This document shows, in pieces, positions 1 through 13,633 of a DNA stretch of 64,000 bases. The position numbers and the translations under genes were made by a program. Positions within the stretch are counted from its first letter, which is position 1, and every line of letters begins with the position of its first letter. The notes below the pieces were generated by a model that saw only the letters and a program-made list of their open reading frames with translations, did no database searches and was not told the origin of the DNA. Source of the stretch: Lytechinus pictus (taxonomy: Eukaryota); assembly GCF_037042905.1 (NCBI RefSeq), contig NC_087251.1:42782001-42846000 (forward strand), read 5' to 3'.

Positions 1-726
1 ATCAAATACTGCGAGTGCGAAGCGCGAGCTGAAAATTTAGGAAATTCAGACCTGAAGAGGGACATTTTAAGGCTTGTTTGTAGGAATTCACTAAGACCAT
101 ACGTATTTCACTAACCAAATTATGCGAGCACGAAGCGCGAGCTGAAAATTTTTGATATTCAGACCAGAAAAAAAGGGACATTTTAAGGACTGATTTTAAG
201 AATTCATGAAGATCAGTCATACATGTATCTCACCAATCCACTATTGCGAACGTGAGCACGGACAGGAAATGTTTTACATGAAGGCCTTAGAATATGGGGC
301 AATCGCTTTAAGTTGTCATAAAAAAGAAGCATATGTCACTACATAAAACAATAACTCGAAGTGCGAGGAAATATATATGGTGTATATTGACTTGAAAACG
401 GAAGGTTTTAGCACAACAGGATTATATATCTCGTTAAACAGACAATACGAGCACCAGGAACAATGAAGACATAGGCCATGAGCAAATTATGTTTCATAAA
501 GATATGAAAATAAAAATGTTTCTTATGTAATATAACATAACATAGTTATTATAAAATATAAAATTATAATGAACAATAATGTCTTCTTTCCCACTACGTT
601 TCTCTTCCTTTCTCCCTCTTTTTCTCCTTTTCCCCGTTTTTTTTTTTTTTTTTTTTTTGGCCAGCCGATTGGGGGGGGGGGGAGGGGGCACGTGCCCCCC
701 TATGCCCTCCCGTAGTTACGCCACTG
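1..726. repeat. Partial non-autonomous DNA element with internal GCGAGCGCGAAGCGCGAGCTGAAA repeats
   Basis: The motif recurs at 11, 125 and about 360, and again at 11340-12540 and 13340-13635. The segment ends in TACGCCACTG at 717-726, a CAGTGGCGTA-type terminus. The left end is outside the window. Confidence 0.55.
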
Positions 727-1122
727 TCTACACAGTCATGTTCAGGGAGGAATTAATCATTGTTTCACTTGACAATGAGGAGACAGTTAGAATATTGATC
801 ATTATGTTCGACCTTTGGGCGGCTATTCATGGGGGGGGGGGGGACAAATTGACATTACTTATAGGGGGCATCGGAAAAAAGGGGGCATTGGAAAAAAAGT
901 GGGGGGCTGAAGCCCCCCCCCCCCCCAGCCCCCCCCCCCCCGCTTCCGCGGCCCCTGACACACACACACACATGTGTATATTTTATGACGACTCAAAATT
1001 ACTGGTCGTAGCTTCTTACGATCATCAGAGATTGGCGCAAAAAGAGAGATACTAAGCAGCTATACAAGTTTTGTATTGCCATTTTTTTTCCACTGATTAT
1101 TGAAGTATATATGGCACCGACG

Positions 1123-2451
1123 CACAGTGGGCCAGAATGAACCCAAAGTGCGCCAAAACCCATTATTCACACATTTGTATGATTAAATTTGGTAGATATG
1201 GGTAATTTCACCCGTAGAATTCAATAAAAGTATTTTCAAATATTGATGACGTCGTTAAAATACTGTTTTCTGATTGGCTGTTAATATTTGAGCAGAAATT
1301 ACATGTTTCTAATTCTACAATAAGTTTCAAATTTTCAGAAACTAGTTTTAGATACATTTCAGCAATAATTAAGCATATCAGCAAACAGCAAACACACAAA
1401 CAGGCAACCAAACCAGAAAAGTCTGTGCTCGGGGTACAAATAATTCAATTGGTGACCTGAGTATCGCTTAAAGAGGGCGTCCTACCATGAATCCGGAATT
1501 GTAAAATTCAAAGTGAAATTGTAAAAAAAAAAATGAAAAGGAGTATTTTTATTCCCTGTGTACAATGATTAACCACACCTACATGCATTAAAATGGATTG
1601 ATACCAGAAGTGGACAGTGAAATCTTTAAAATAATGATTCCAGTGATTAGAGGCCGGGTCCTCTGCAGGTTAATCAGTACAAGGCCCTACAAGCTAGGCC
1701 TACCAAGAACGGCGTATACAAAGTTATTCCGAATCAGAGTCTCTCTCTACTATCTCAACAACTATTATGTCTTTGGTGAGAAGATCTTTTTAGCATACAA
1801 CATCAGGGGGAAGAGGCTGTGATTGTTGTACTCTTAAAAACTTGCTCCTAATCACAATGTCACCTGTTACCATTAGCATGTGGAATACATATAAAGTCAA
1901 TGAGAATCATAAACCAAACAATCATTGAAATGATAATATACACTTCCTTCTTGATCGATACCAACAATTATAGCAAATTTAGAATGAGCCAAGAGATAAA
2001 CGAATTCATACGTGTATGTGAAGTTACAAACCCTTTTGGGGGATAAATACTAATAATGATAATGCAATTTATACATGTAATAGAGCCCACGTATATCCCA
2101 TATGTGTCCTATACACATTTTCATATTTTGTCAGAAAACTGCGAGAGACCTATCACATCCCTAGTCATGTGTTATAGCGATATACAGTAGCCTCTACTTG
2201 GTTTATGAACAACAAACCAAATATATAATCTTACCCGGGAATCTTATACCTTAAGAATTAATCTTCTCAGTATGACAGCATATCAGATATGGAACACGGG
2301 ATGGAACAGTTTGGCATCAAAATGAAGTTGCGTTACATGTATTATTATATAGTTAGTGGAATTGGAAATGAAAGCTTGCCTTTACGTATGTTTAACGAAA
2401 ATATTTTAAAGGCAGACACCAGTCACAAGAGCCACACACTTGAGCCAGTTA

Positions 2452-2491
<40 letters not shown>

Positions 2492-3137
2492 CCCAGAACG
2501 CGACGGGGAGTTTGATGTTTAATGTCACCCGCAACGTTCGGCATGCACGCGCATATAATGGGTCAGTAACTTGGACCGATTTTTGTGATAAATACGGCGA
2601 ACATGTGGTTGAAAAATTTGTTATATCTCCAGAAAATGCACGTATATGCAGCTAAATTTGGTATCAGTGTAAAGCATGAACTATAACAAAGACCGCCATG
2701 GTATTTACAGCGCAGCAATCGGCAGCAATTTGTAAAAGAAATGCTCATGAAAAAAAAAATGCTAAAACACCCCCATTGTCAAATGGTTTCGTCCAAAATT
2801 GCCTCTGAAGGGATTATCATTTTATCTTGAAAATCTTTGATCACTTAAAACAATTATTCATCAAAGAGCACCGTGAATTAGAAATAAATTAAGCAATCCG
2901 TTTTGTCAAAACAGTGAAATATCAAAAACGTGTCATTTACACATGCGGTAGCCGTAAAGAGTAATTTTCCGGTAACATTGAATAAAAATGGGCAACTAAT
3001 ATTCAATTTAATGGAGAAATATTGTACGGAGGCATTCTACAGGTTCTTATCTTTGCTTAGAACATGAAAAAAACAAAATTTGTTTCATGACCAAAAACCA
3101 GTTTTGGCGCACTTTTGCTCTCTCCTGGCCCACTGTG
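1123..3137 (-). mobile_element. Non-autonomous (internally deleted) Transib-superfamily transposon
   Basis: TIR CACAGTGGGCCAG-N9-AAAGTGCGCCAAAAC at both ends; perfect 5-bp TSD CGACG (1118-1122 and 3138-3142); transposase remnant inside. Confidence 0.9.
1724..1888 (-). pseudogene. C-terminal remnant of a Transib transposase
   Basis: Manual translation gives VFHMLMVTGDIVIRSKFLRVQQSQPLPPDVVC*KDLLTKDIIVVEIVERDSDSE*. This resembles, from memory, the Transib C-terminus (DVFxxLLxxSDPxIS...LPxEVxxLL plus acidic tail). One internal stop; lies inside the Transib TIRs. Confidence 0.65.
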
Positions 3138-3418
3138 CGACGTTCTGTCCGGGGGTCAATTCTCACGCTATATATTTCACCAAATGTATACATATGAAGA
3201 AAAAGGCGAATAATATAATCAGGGGTGGCGGAGCAAATTTAAAAGTGGGAGGGGCACGGAGAAAATGGGGGTACTTCCTCTTTTGAAAAGTAACAATTTA
3301 AAAAGAAAATAGTCTACTATCTACCCCAGTGGCATAATGAGGCAAAAGTTTTGAGGGGAGCAGACTTGGTGTACGAATTTTTCTAAGCTGCGAGCAAGCA
3401 AATGTTGGCATAATTGTA

Positions 3419-4800
3419 CTTGATGCCCCCAGGGGACATCAACGTTTTTACCTTTTGGTACTCCTTGATTTCCCGATGATTCTTCGTTACCAAAATGTAA
3501 ACATTTCTTTTCTCACTATAAAAAAAAATAGAAAGTAGTTCTGGTTTGCGCTAGCGCACCCCATATGAGATGCGAGTACAAATGCGCAAACAGGTGCATC
3601 TAGATGAGCGCGCATCCTTGCCTCCTCATCTATCCTCTTATATTACTTGCACTTGATGCCCCCAAAATTGATGAAAGCAGTGATCCGGCGAGTAATCCTA
3701 GAAGTGTTGACAAAATTAACCTTGATAGCTAGATAATAAACTCTCTATTATTACTTGTACTTGATGCCCCCAAATTTTCTTTTTCTATTTTCTAGCCGCG
3801 CAAGCCTTCATAACATCGTCGAAACGAATTAACCTTGTTGGCTAAATTAACCTTGATAGCTAGAGAATAATCTCTCTATTATTTGCACTTGATGCCCCCA
3901 AAAATTTCAACAAAATTAACATTGTAGCCAAAATTAACCTTGTTGGCAAAATTAACCTTGAGAGCTAATGTAACCTTGAGAGCTATAGCTCGTCTCTCTT
4001 ATATTACTTGCACTTGATGCCCCCCAAAATTTCAACAAAATTAACCTTGTAGCCAAAATTAACCTTGTTGGCAAAATTAACCTTGATAGCTAATGTAACC
4101 TTGAGTCGAGAGCTAAAGCTCGTCTCTCTTATATTACTTGTACTTGATGCCCCCAAAAATTTCAACAAAATTAACCTTGTAGCCAAAATTAACCTTGTTG
4201 GCAAAATTAACCTTGATAGCTAATGTAACCTTGAGAGCTAAAGCTCGTCTCTCTTATATTACTTGCACTTGATGCCCCCAAAAATTTCAACAAAATTAAC
4301 CTTGTAGCCAAAATTAACCTTGTTGGCAAAATTAACCTTGATAGCTAATGTAACCTTGAGAACTATAGCTCGTCTCTCTTATATTACTTGCACTTGATGC
4401 CCCCAAAAATTTCAACAAAATTAACCTTGTAGCCAAAATTAACCTTGTTGGCAAAATTAACCTTGATAGCTAATGTAACCTTGAGTCGAGAGCTAAAGCT
4501 CGTCTCTCTTATATTACTTGTACTTGATGCCCCCAAAAATTTCAACAAAATTAACCTTGTAGCCAAAATTAACCTTGTTGGCAAAATTAACCTTGATAGC
4601 TAATGTAACCTTGAGAGCTATAGCTCGTCTCTCTTATATTACTTGCACTTGATGCCCCCAATTACTTTATTTGTTGCGCGATCAACCAAACCACGCGCGG
4701 ATGGATATCAACTCGCCGATGATAAACAGGGTCGGGTACGTCGTCGGTCGAGGATCCACGAATCAAGGTAAAAAAGTTGATGTCCCCTGGGGGCATCAAG
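3419..4800. mobile_element. Nested TIR element with TA TSD carrying a 125-130-bp tandem array
   Basis: TIR CTTGATGCCCCCAGGGGACATCAAC..TTTTACCTT at both ends; TA at 3417-3418 and 4801-4802. Confidence 0.85.
3880..4660. repeat. Tandem array of 125/130-bp units with 380-bp higher-order period
   Basis: Unit TATTACTTGCACTTGATGCCCCC...GCTCGTCTCTCTTA with internal AAAATTAACCTTG subrepeats. The near-identical spurious ORFs at 4004 and 4384 are exactly 380 bp apart. Confidence 0.95.
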
Positions 4801-6306
4801 TATGGCAGTGTGTCCAAACTTCGCGCGTGTCCATACTTCGCGGACGGTCCTTATCTCAAAAACTAGCCAATATCCTTAAAATCTGACATCATCAACGTGA
4901 AAAGCGACCTACAATTACCGTTTAATGAAAATTTCTTTAGGATGAGTTCAGTATTCATGAAAATATTGGCAAAAGATCGGCAAATTTGCCACCGCTAGCG
5001 CCCGTTTTGAAGAAATCACAAGCATCACGATATCACCATTTTGCAAGCAGAAGTCATCAAAAATGTGAGTTAAATGTGGTACTAACCGATTCCATAGCAT
5101 TTTGCCATCAATCTGATTTAATTTTTCACTTTTTGAACTTGAGTTTTTGTTTAAATCTCCACAAAAGCTTTGGTGCGCGAAGTTAGGTCACACTTTTCAG
5201 AACGGTTTTCCAGCACAGCCCGCATTCGCCGATCGGAATAGAATTTTGAGATCGCGATACCGGCGAAACCCCTTGACCTACTTTACATTTTCGTCCATGA
5301 TTTTATAGTTTACGATCTTGCCGTCAATGTGGTAACTATTTCTTTAATTGGTTTTGTATAAATTATGAATATTTTGTGAACAAAATTAAGCCTGATGAAT
5401 ATTTTTGAAAAGTGCGCGAAGTTTGGACACCCCATCATACAATTATGCCCAAATGTTGACATATTTTAATAAAAAATATTATTTGTGATATAAAGATTTT
5501 GACACAATTTTCAGAGAATAATATATGTCAAAAGGGGATTGTGTGCAAACAGATAACCCCCATGCCTAAGGTAGTGCAAGATGTTCTCGCATTAGATAAA
5601 AAAAAATCACGGTCCATGTTTACAATCAAAAAGTAAAATGTTGTTTAAATGTGGAACCAAACGGCGGCTCTCCTATTGTTTCGGCAAAAATTTGAACCAG
5701 TCACTTGGATCTGGCGGGCCCTATCGACTAGCCCTTTTGTACTGGCGGTACTAATCAGCTAGCCGTTTTGGACCGCCGGTACCCGGGCCAATTCTGCTAT
5801 GACACCGGCCTAGTCTGCTGCTCTGAGCTGCATGTGCAAACTGAATGGCTCGTGATATGATATCGAGGTGGTATCTCCGCTGCTTGTCACTGGCACTGAA
5901 ATCTTCAAATTCAAAATGCTTGAAGCGGGAGGATCTGAGATTGAGATGGATATTGTCATGCCTGCCATTGATGCGGAGCGACCAAATGGAGTGAAAAAGG
6001 TGTGAGATCCAGAAAAAATATTTTTGTATTATTTTTACAAGTTGGTGATGCCTGGGCTTGGCCTTGCTGGCCTGGGCTTGGGCATCGCCATCGGATTTGC
6101 CGTGAGTCTGCGGCAGCTGGCAGCCGCACTTTTTCAGTTTGGCGGGGTCCCCAGCCGGCCGGGCTTTGGTGCGTAGCGTCGCCGTGGGACTGAGCTGAGC
6201 TGAGCCTGGCTCTGCCTGGGGCACTGCACTGGGTAGTAAGGGTAGGCCTAACCCAGGGAGCTCCCGCCCGCTGTGCGGGCGGGAGCCCAGGGGCCAGGGC
6301 TTACCG

Positions 6307-6477
6307 TGTATTTTACCATACTCACGGGACTAGGGTGATTTATGGTCTAAATATTTCTCCAAATGAATTGTGAAAACAGAAATTATGCACTTACCACAAT
6401 TATATGGATGAAGGTCTATCGAGTGGTAGAATCCTGGGAGTACCTTTAGAATCCAATGTCATGAATCGATTACAAAA
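6307..6477 (-). repeat. Copy A of a repeat module that is inverted at 15307-15650
   Basis: GCACTTACCACAATTATATGGATGAAGGTCTATCGAGTGGTAGAATCCTG and TACCTTTAGAATCCAATGTCATGAATCGATTACAAAA are reverse-complement matches to 15521-15570 and 15307-15343. Confidence 0.9.
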
Positions 6478-6847
6478 GAGCAATTACCTACTAATTGCTG
6501 CTGCCGGTGTGGTGCGATATCAGTTTTGTCGCCCTCTACGTTCGTGAGTGAATTAAGAGTCCCCGGCGACAAGCAGGAATCGGATCGGGAGATGGATAAA
6601 GGATGGGGGGAGGGGGCAGATGGGGGAGGGGGGATGGCCCCGTAGAGGGAGTACACGACTTGTCCAATGTGGTGGATGTAGTAGGAGAGAGTGAAGTAAT
6701 GGCAGGTGATATAATAATCAGAGGACTTAAAAAGGGATGATATATATGAAGGGATCAAAGAGGGGGCGCGTGATCGAGGACACGTGCAATGGTATATAAT
6801 TATGTTGATGATGTTGTTTAAGGAATGATATACGTTGATATCTATAT

Positions 6848-7632
6848 ATGGATACAGAATACTTGGATACTATTATATTAAAACATGTATGGATATGAAT
6901 ACATGGATACGTGGATACTTGGATACTATTGGATACTTGGATACTTGGATACGTGGATACGCGGATACGTGGATACTTGGATACTATTGGAGACTTGGAT
7001 ACGTGGATACGGGGATACTTGGATACTGTTGGATACTTGGATACGTGGATACGCGGATACGTGGATACGTGGATACTTGGATACTATTGGATACTTGGAT
7101 ACGTGGATACGCGGATACGTGGATACGTGGATACGCGGATACTATTGGATACTTGGATACGCGGATACGTGGATACGCGGATACGTGGATACGTGGATAC
7201 TTGGATACTATTGGAGACTTGGATACTTGGATACTTGGATACGTGGATACGTGGATACGCGGATACGCGGATACGTGGATACGTGGATACTTGGATACTG
7301 TTGGATACTTGGATACTTGGATACGTGGATACGCGGATACGTGGATACTTAGATACTATTGGATACTTGGATACGTGGATACGTGGATACGTGGATACGC
7401 GGATACGTGGATACGTGGATACTTTGATACTATTGGATACTTGGATACTTGGATACGTGGATACGTGGATACGTGGATACTTGGATACTATTGGAGACTT
7501 GGATACTTGGATACGTGGATACGCGGATACGTGGATACGGGGATCTTATATACCTTTGGTTACATGGATACTTGGATACGCGGCTACGGGCACATGCCTA
7601 CATGAAAACTTAGATACATAGATACTTGGATA
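6848..7632 (+). repeat. 8-bp-unit minisatellite (GGATACGT/GGATACTT/GGATACGC)
   Basis: Directly visible array; it explains the three overlapping DTWIRGY ORFs. Confidence 0.97.
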
Positions 7633-9844
7633 AGAACATCAAGGAGTTTTTGATACTCTGGAACATGGAAAACACATGAAGAAGTGCATGATACTAAGTG
7701 TACTTTTAGAACGAAGCATCACTCAGACCCTAATTACCTTATTTTCAGATAATTGACATCGTCACTTTTAATCTGTATTTTTCTTGAGAGAAAAGATAGA
7801 AAAGGCTACTTTCATCAGTGAATCGTTAAAAATTGGCTGCTCTCTTTATAATTATAACGAGACATATATCAATTCCCTAAGCCCATATGATTACAATTTG
7901 ACCAATTAATCTTAATCCTTTTTAGGATTGATTTTATTTAATTAAGTTGATATCAGTAAACAAAATATAAATAAACTATTTGGATTATTATAGATTTTTC
8001 AGTCAACATAAAAGAAGGCTAATATAATAACATGTACGAATATGCAGCTTAAAGGTCAAGTCTACCCAAAAAGTTATTGATTTGAATCAATAGAGAAATA
8101 AGAAACAAGCCAATTTCATAAAAAAACGTATGTAAAATAAGAAAGTTATGACATTTGGAAGTTTTTCGCTTATATTTCGCAAAACAATTACAATCATGTA
8201 CAACTCAGTGATAAGTAATAAGACACGAGCAACAGAGAACAACAAAATAGTTAAGTAAGGGGATAATAAGAACGATATACGTTTTGGTTATATTAAAATG
8301 ACCAATCAATTTCAAAACATTGGTTACAATTCGACAATTAATTTCACTCACTCCTGTTGGTAATTGCAACGAGACACATCATAGGGCCAATATCACAATC
8401 CTTTTTTTAAACAAATTAATTTCATTCCTATGTCTTGTTATGTGAATGTCTCGTTCTGATTATAAATTATCTCATATGACTCGTTCTATTTATAATTATT
8501 GGCATATAATTTACTTCTTTTCAAAAATTATAGAAAGAGTGAACTTGATGAAGAGAAATAGAAGAGGAATTACAGAAGGGGGAAAATAGGATAAAAGGAG
8601 AAGACGGAGGAGGAGAATGAAGAAAAATAGGAATATGAAGTAAGGGAGTGCAATACAAAGTTTTGTGAATGATATATTGCATTATTGGCATATAATTTAC
8701 TTCTTTTCAAAAATTATCTTCCTACTTATACATCCAGAAGACTATCAAGAGAGCATGGAGAACTGCAATTGTAACAGAACATCGGCATGCAATGACGCCT
8801 ATGATATAATATCTCGTTTTAAGCATAAATTGGATTAAACTTTAATTGGTGGGTTGTAATGTGAATGTCTCGTTCTGATTATAAATACGGATAAGTATTA
8901 GTCCTATATGATTCGTTCTATATCTTAATTTTTATCAAAAATGATTTTTTTTTAAATAAATATTTTATGAATTTAGACCTAGTTAAAAATTGAATAAGTT
9001 GACCGGTTTATGAAAAGACATGACTTTCTTAGCGTTTTTTGAAATGGTGAACAGGAATGTTATATCTGACTAAACAATATTACTGATTCGAGTGCGAAGC
9101 GCGATTTAAAATATGTTATAGGGCCTATTGCGATCGGAAACTTCATATTTTAAGTACGTTTTGTACATAAATTTAGACCTAAAAACGGACATTCCTTGCT
9201 TTTTTTTTTTGGGGGGGGGGTCTTGTTGTATGCATTAAAAATTCTTTAGTAATTTACGTTAAATAATGTGTTTAATTGCCAATATTTATTATCATCTACG
9301 ATTATGCTGTAACGAAAAATGCATACACGACATACCTACAGTTACAACATCACCTTATTAATAAACTGGTAATTAGATACTGTCTTGCTCGAATGCAGTA
9401 TACTGAAAATTTATCAAAATCGAATATAAAATAAGAAAGTTATGACATTTAAAGATACGCTTATTTTCAACAATTGGAAATTTTGAAATATGACGTGCTT
9501 GCACAACACATGTAATTCGATTTAATTATGTTAAAAAATGTCACTTCAGAATTCCTTCAGTTCATTGATAAAGAACCACCTGTGAATGCCTTTGAGACTA
9601 TAGGGATACCGTGTAAGATTAATACCCCAAATTCTTGAAAGGAGGGATTAAGATTTAATAGTGATTACGTAATCTATTGAAGTTAATGACCGGCATGAAC
9701 GTGAGACCGGCATGAGACGAGGAAAGAAAGATGAAATAAAAAAAAAATGTGAAAAAGGAATATAAGAAAAAACATAAATTCAAGTTTATATTCCTAATGC
9801 ATTTTAAGCACTTTGTTTGATCGTGAATGATATTTTATTAATAA

Positions 9845-10200
9845 GAAATAATAATAAATGATAGCATGTTCATAAATATCGCTTTTCTCAGAACGGCTCA
9901 AAACGATTTACAGCATATTATTGTCCCATGATTCATTTCAATCCCGCATGAAAAGTGCACAATTTCCACATCTTGGGAAGCATTCCTTGCATTCATCGCA
10001 GCCTCGAAATGGCGCTTGCAAATTCAAGCATACAATAACTTTCGCATCCAACCGGGTACCCATTTAGCACCTGGGTCGAGAGTGGCAAGGTGTGCCGGCA
10101 ATACGTCTTACCAAAGGACGGTATATAGACCGCGGTGAGAATCGAACACACGACTCTCCGTTTACAAGGCGGGAGTCAGAACCACTATACGCCACGACTC
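9845..10200 (-). mobile_element. tRNA-derived SINE
   Basis: Minus strand shows box A TGGCGTATAGTGG, box B GTTCGATTC, central CTCGACCCAGGTGCTAAATGGGTACC block (shared with the SINE at 52.9 kb) and a TAT-rich tail. Confidence 0.8.
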
Positions 10201-11334
10201 TTAAAAAAAAGGCCTTCCTGAAAAAGTCGTGCACAGAACATGTTTCTCATAAACATAAAATATGAGCGCGAACTTCTTTCAAACATCAAGGACGAAAAGA
10301 CCTAAGTATTTTTCGTAAAAATGAATAGCGTGCACAATCTTCTTAATTAAAGTATTAAAAGCATGAAGAGCGAAATGAACCAATAATTTTAACAAATTGA
10401 CCTAGCTGAAACACTGATATCTTCCCGTCTGTAAATTTCTTCACTCTTTTTCTTCTTTTCCACTCTTCTTTGCATTTATTCCATTTTTCCTTCTTACGCA
10501 GCCAATAGGGCGTAGAGATCGCATTCGGCCTCCTGGAATTGCCCATTTACATTTTCTTTTTTAGTCTATATTTTAATTGGTACAAGAGGAGGCAAAGGCG
10601 ATTAGACACTGGATTCACAAGTTCGTCCAAAAATTAAAACTGATATTTCTAATCTTACACATTCACAATCTTGGCCAATTATTTTCTGTTCATTATCGCG
10701 ATTTTTTTTCCTACTTGATTCTATTTCACCTCATTTCATTCATCTCCTTTATTTATCCAGGGGCCGCGGAACGGTTTTCAAAGTGGGGGGGGGGGGGCTG
10801 AAGCCCCCCAGCCCCCCCCCCCCCCCCCCCCCCGGTTCCGCGGCCCCTGTAATTCCTATTTCTTTTGTGCTGTTTGTATATCTCTTTAATACTGGGAGGG
10901 ATAAGCCAGCAGCAGGGAGAGGAGGGCCGTATTAGCACGACATTCCCCCTTTGTTTTTCTTTTCCACCATATCATTTTTTAAGTTTCCCTTTCCATTTTA
11001 CTTATATTTCTTCTGTTTGTACTTTTTTTAAAGGGGTAAGCAAGACCACCTCGCCCCTTGGTCTGCATGTGCCTGTCGAATGCAATTTGCATCCTAACTT
11101 CCCGTTTTCTTCCTCTTTTGTAATATATGTATTAATTTGTGGAAAAAAACTATTAGAAAGTAATGTTATAAAGGGAGCCTCGACTTTGCTATTAACATAT
11201 GCAGTCTTTTAAAAGTTACCTTAGATCCGAGATAATTTATTGTCATGTATAAAATGCACAAAATCTGCTTTCAAAAAGTGAATACTATTACACCGACAAA
11301 CACAATTGTTTTTAGCCTACATATTTCAACAATC

Positions 11335-12750
11335 AAATAATGTGAGCGCAAAGCGCGAGCTGAATATTTCTTACATTCCCAGCTATATACAGGGCATTCT
11401 AAGCACCTTTTAAAATCACGAACAGGATAGGGGTATGACTATACACTTGATGTGATCGCGAAGCGCGAGCCGAAACGAAATTCGACATCTCACGTTTTGT
11501 AAATCATGAAAAGGATGGATAAGTGGATAAATGGATAACATTCCTACATTAATAATTTGATAATCTGATCTGAAACTGGAACAAGATTCGTATCTAAATA
11601 AATATGCGTGCGTGTGTTTAGATTCAAACCTAGAATCTGGACATTCTAATTACATTCTTTATCATAATATCAATAATAAGAGCGCGATCCGCGAGCTAAA
11701 GATATTTGATTTTCCGATCCCAAAAAAAAAGTTAATTTAAGCGCAATTACGAATTGGATATGGATCGTGCTTAATAAATGATGCGAGTCAAAGCGCAAGT
11801 TGATATTTTTATCAATACATATATTTCCAGTTGCGACCGGGAAATTTTAAGGACATTTTTGTTTTTGTCGAGAGATGAAACTTGTCGATATTCCGTTCTG
11901 AAAAAAAAAACCGGACAATGATTATTAGGAAATAATGAAAATATTATTATCTTACTTATTAATCTAATAAGCCCAATGAGGTCGCGAAATTAATATCAAG
12001 GTAAAAAAACTGGATATTTTGTAATCATGAAAAGGATGCATGGGTTAATATACTTTAAAGAATACTTTAAAAATAATGCGAGCGCAAATTGCAAGCCGAA
12101 AATTTTGATAAACTGTCAAGAAAGAGGAATTTAAAATAATTTGTTACAATTGATATAGGTATACATTACTCCCCAATGAAAATGCAAGTGCGCAGCTTTA
12201 GCTGATACTATTCAGAATCAGATAAGCCTAAAAAGGGATATTTTTCAAAAAAATATGGAATACACGAAGAGAATAGTTACTTGACGAATTAAATAATGCT
12301 AGTGCGCAGCGCGAGCGGAAAATGTCGATATTTAGACCATAAAATATAGTCATTTTACAGAAAACTATAAAATATATTTGTAAATCAAACAAATTGAAAA
12401 CTCAGTGTCCGAGAAATATTTCATATATTTACTTCAAAACTTGATATTTTAAGCTCAATATAAGCCTATTGAGCAAGTTATGTATATCATAGATTAGGCA
12501 ATGTGAGCACAAAGCGAGCGAAAATTTAAAATAGTGACATGAAATCCCCCCCCCCCCCTCATCTTATTTTATTCACTCGTCTTACTCCTCTTATTTTCCC
12601 TCTTCATTTTCTATTCTCTTTTCTCTTCTTTTTCCTCTCTTTCCATTTTTTCCTGTTTGCTCGTTCCAAAAAGTGGGGGGGGGGGGGCATTTGATATCAA
12701 ATTCCAAAAAGTGAGGGGAAGCGTCTCCCTGTCCCCCAGGGATTTCCACC
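11335..12750. repeat. Degenerate GCGAGCGCGAAGCGCGAGC-repeat element
   Basis: About ten decayed copies of the motif seen at 1-360. Confidence 0.6.
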
Positions 12751-13633
12751 AATGTATGCAATTTGATTTGAAATAAAAGAAAACCCTACATCGTCTTTGT
12801 AGTCGATTTTTTTTTTAATAGCGTACTTTCATGACGAATTACTTCATTCTCGCCTGCTCCTAAATCGGATTTAATAAGAAAATCAATGTTTCTTTAAAAA
12901 AAAACCGCACCCCAAACCCCAAATAACACCCCTAAATTCATTTAAAAAAAATATATGAACGATAATTTTCTTGGAGTATTCGCAATTTGTCCGAAAATTA
13001 TTCTTATTGTCCTCGTCCTTAAATTTACCACTCGTGACGTTGTCCTAAATGTCTCCGGTTCTGTCCTAATACGATCTGCATGCTGTCCGCGCCGAACGCC
13101 GACAAATTGATTTAGATAATCTTGTCCCAGGACAGTTCCAGGAATGTCCTACGACAATACGCAGACAGTCCTGGTCGTGTCCTAGGACAAGATCATTTGC
13201 ATAATCTTTTACGGAATTTGGTTGCGGACAGCATGCCGAAATGACAAAAGTAGCTTCCGCAACCCTTCCTGGTCTTGTCCGCGCCCAAGTGGAAAACCGC
13301 CTTAAAAAAACAAGCTGTGTGTTTCAAACAATTAAATGTGAGCGCGAAGCACGAGCTTAATTTTTTGTATATTGACATGATAAAGGAGCATTTTGACAAA
13401 TTTTGGAAAGAATATCCAAAGAGGATAGGTATCTCACAAATCAAACAATGCGAGTGCGCAGCGCGAGCTGGAAACTTTTATATAACAATTTGTGTAAATC
13501 AAACAAAATAATGAAAGCTTGAGGTGCGAGCTAAAACATTGTGTGCAAATTGATTTCAGAACTGGATATATGAAATGTCATTTAATTCTCTTGAATGGGA
13601 ATCATTACAAAGGCAATGCGAGCGCGAAGCGCG

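Larger units (their letters stand above)
3407..5449. mobile_element. TIR element with GG...CC ends and 8-bp TSD (Merlin- or hAT-like), interrupted in its left TIR
   Basis: Left end GGCATAATTGTA|TGGCAGTGTGTCCAAACTTCGCGC matches right end GCGCGAAGTTTGGACACCCCATCATACAATTATGCC. CAAATGTT is duplicated at 3399-3406 and 5450-5457. Confidence 0.75.

Noticed and set aside
579..1055. 158-aa ORF with poly-G/P/F runs
   Set aside because: Built from homopolymer tracts at MITE ends; no domain is recognisable.
1123..3137. Calling the element ProtoRAG or a true 12/23 RSS pair
   Set aside because: Spacing is symmetric (22/22) and no RAG2-like sequence was seen; Transib is the supportable call.
5751..6224. 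157-aa minus-strand ORF
   Set aside because: No recognisable motif; expected by chance in GC-rich sequence.
6835..7621. Three long overlapping DTWIRGY ORFs (and mirrors at 14696-15212)
   Set aside because: Produced by a stop-poor 8-bp minisatellite.
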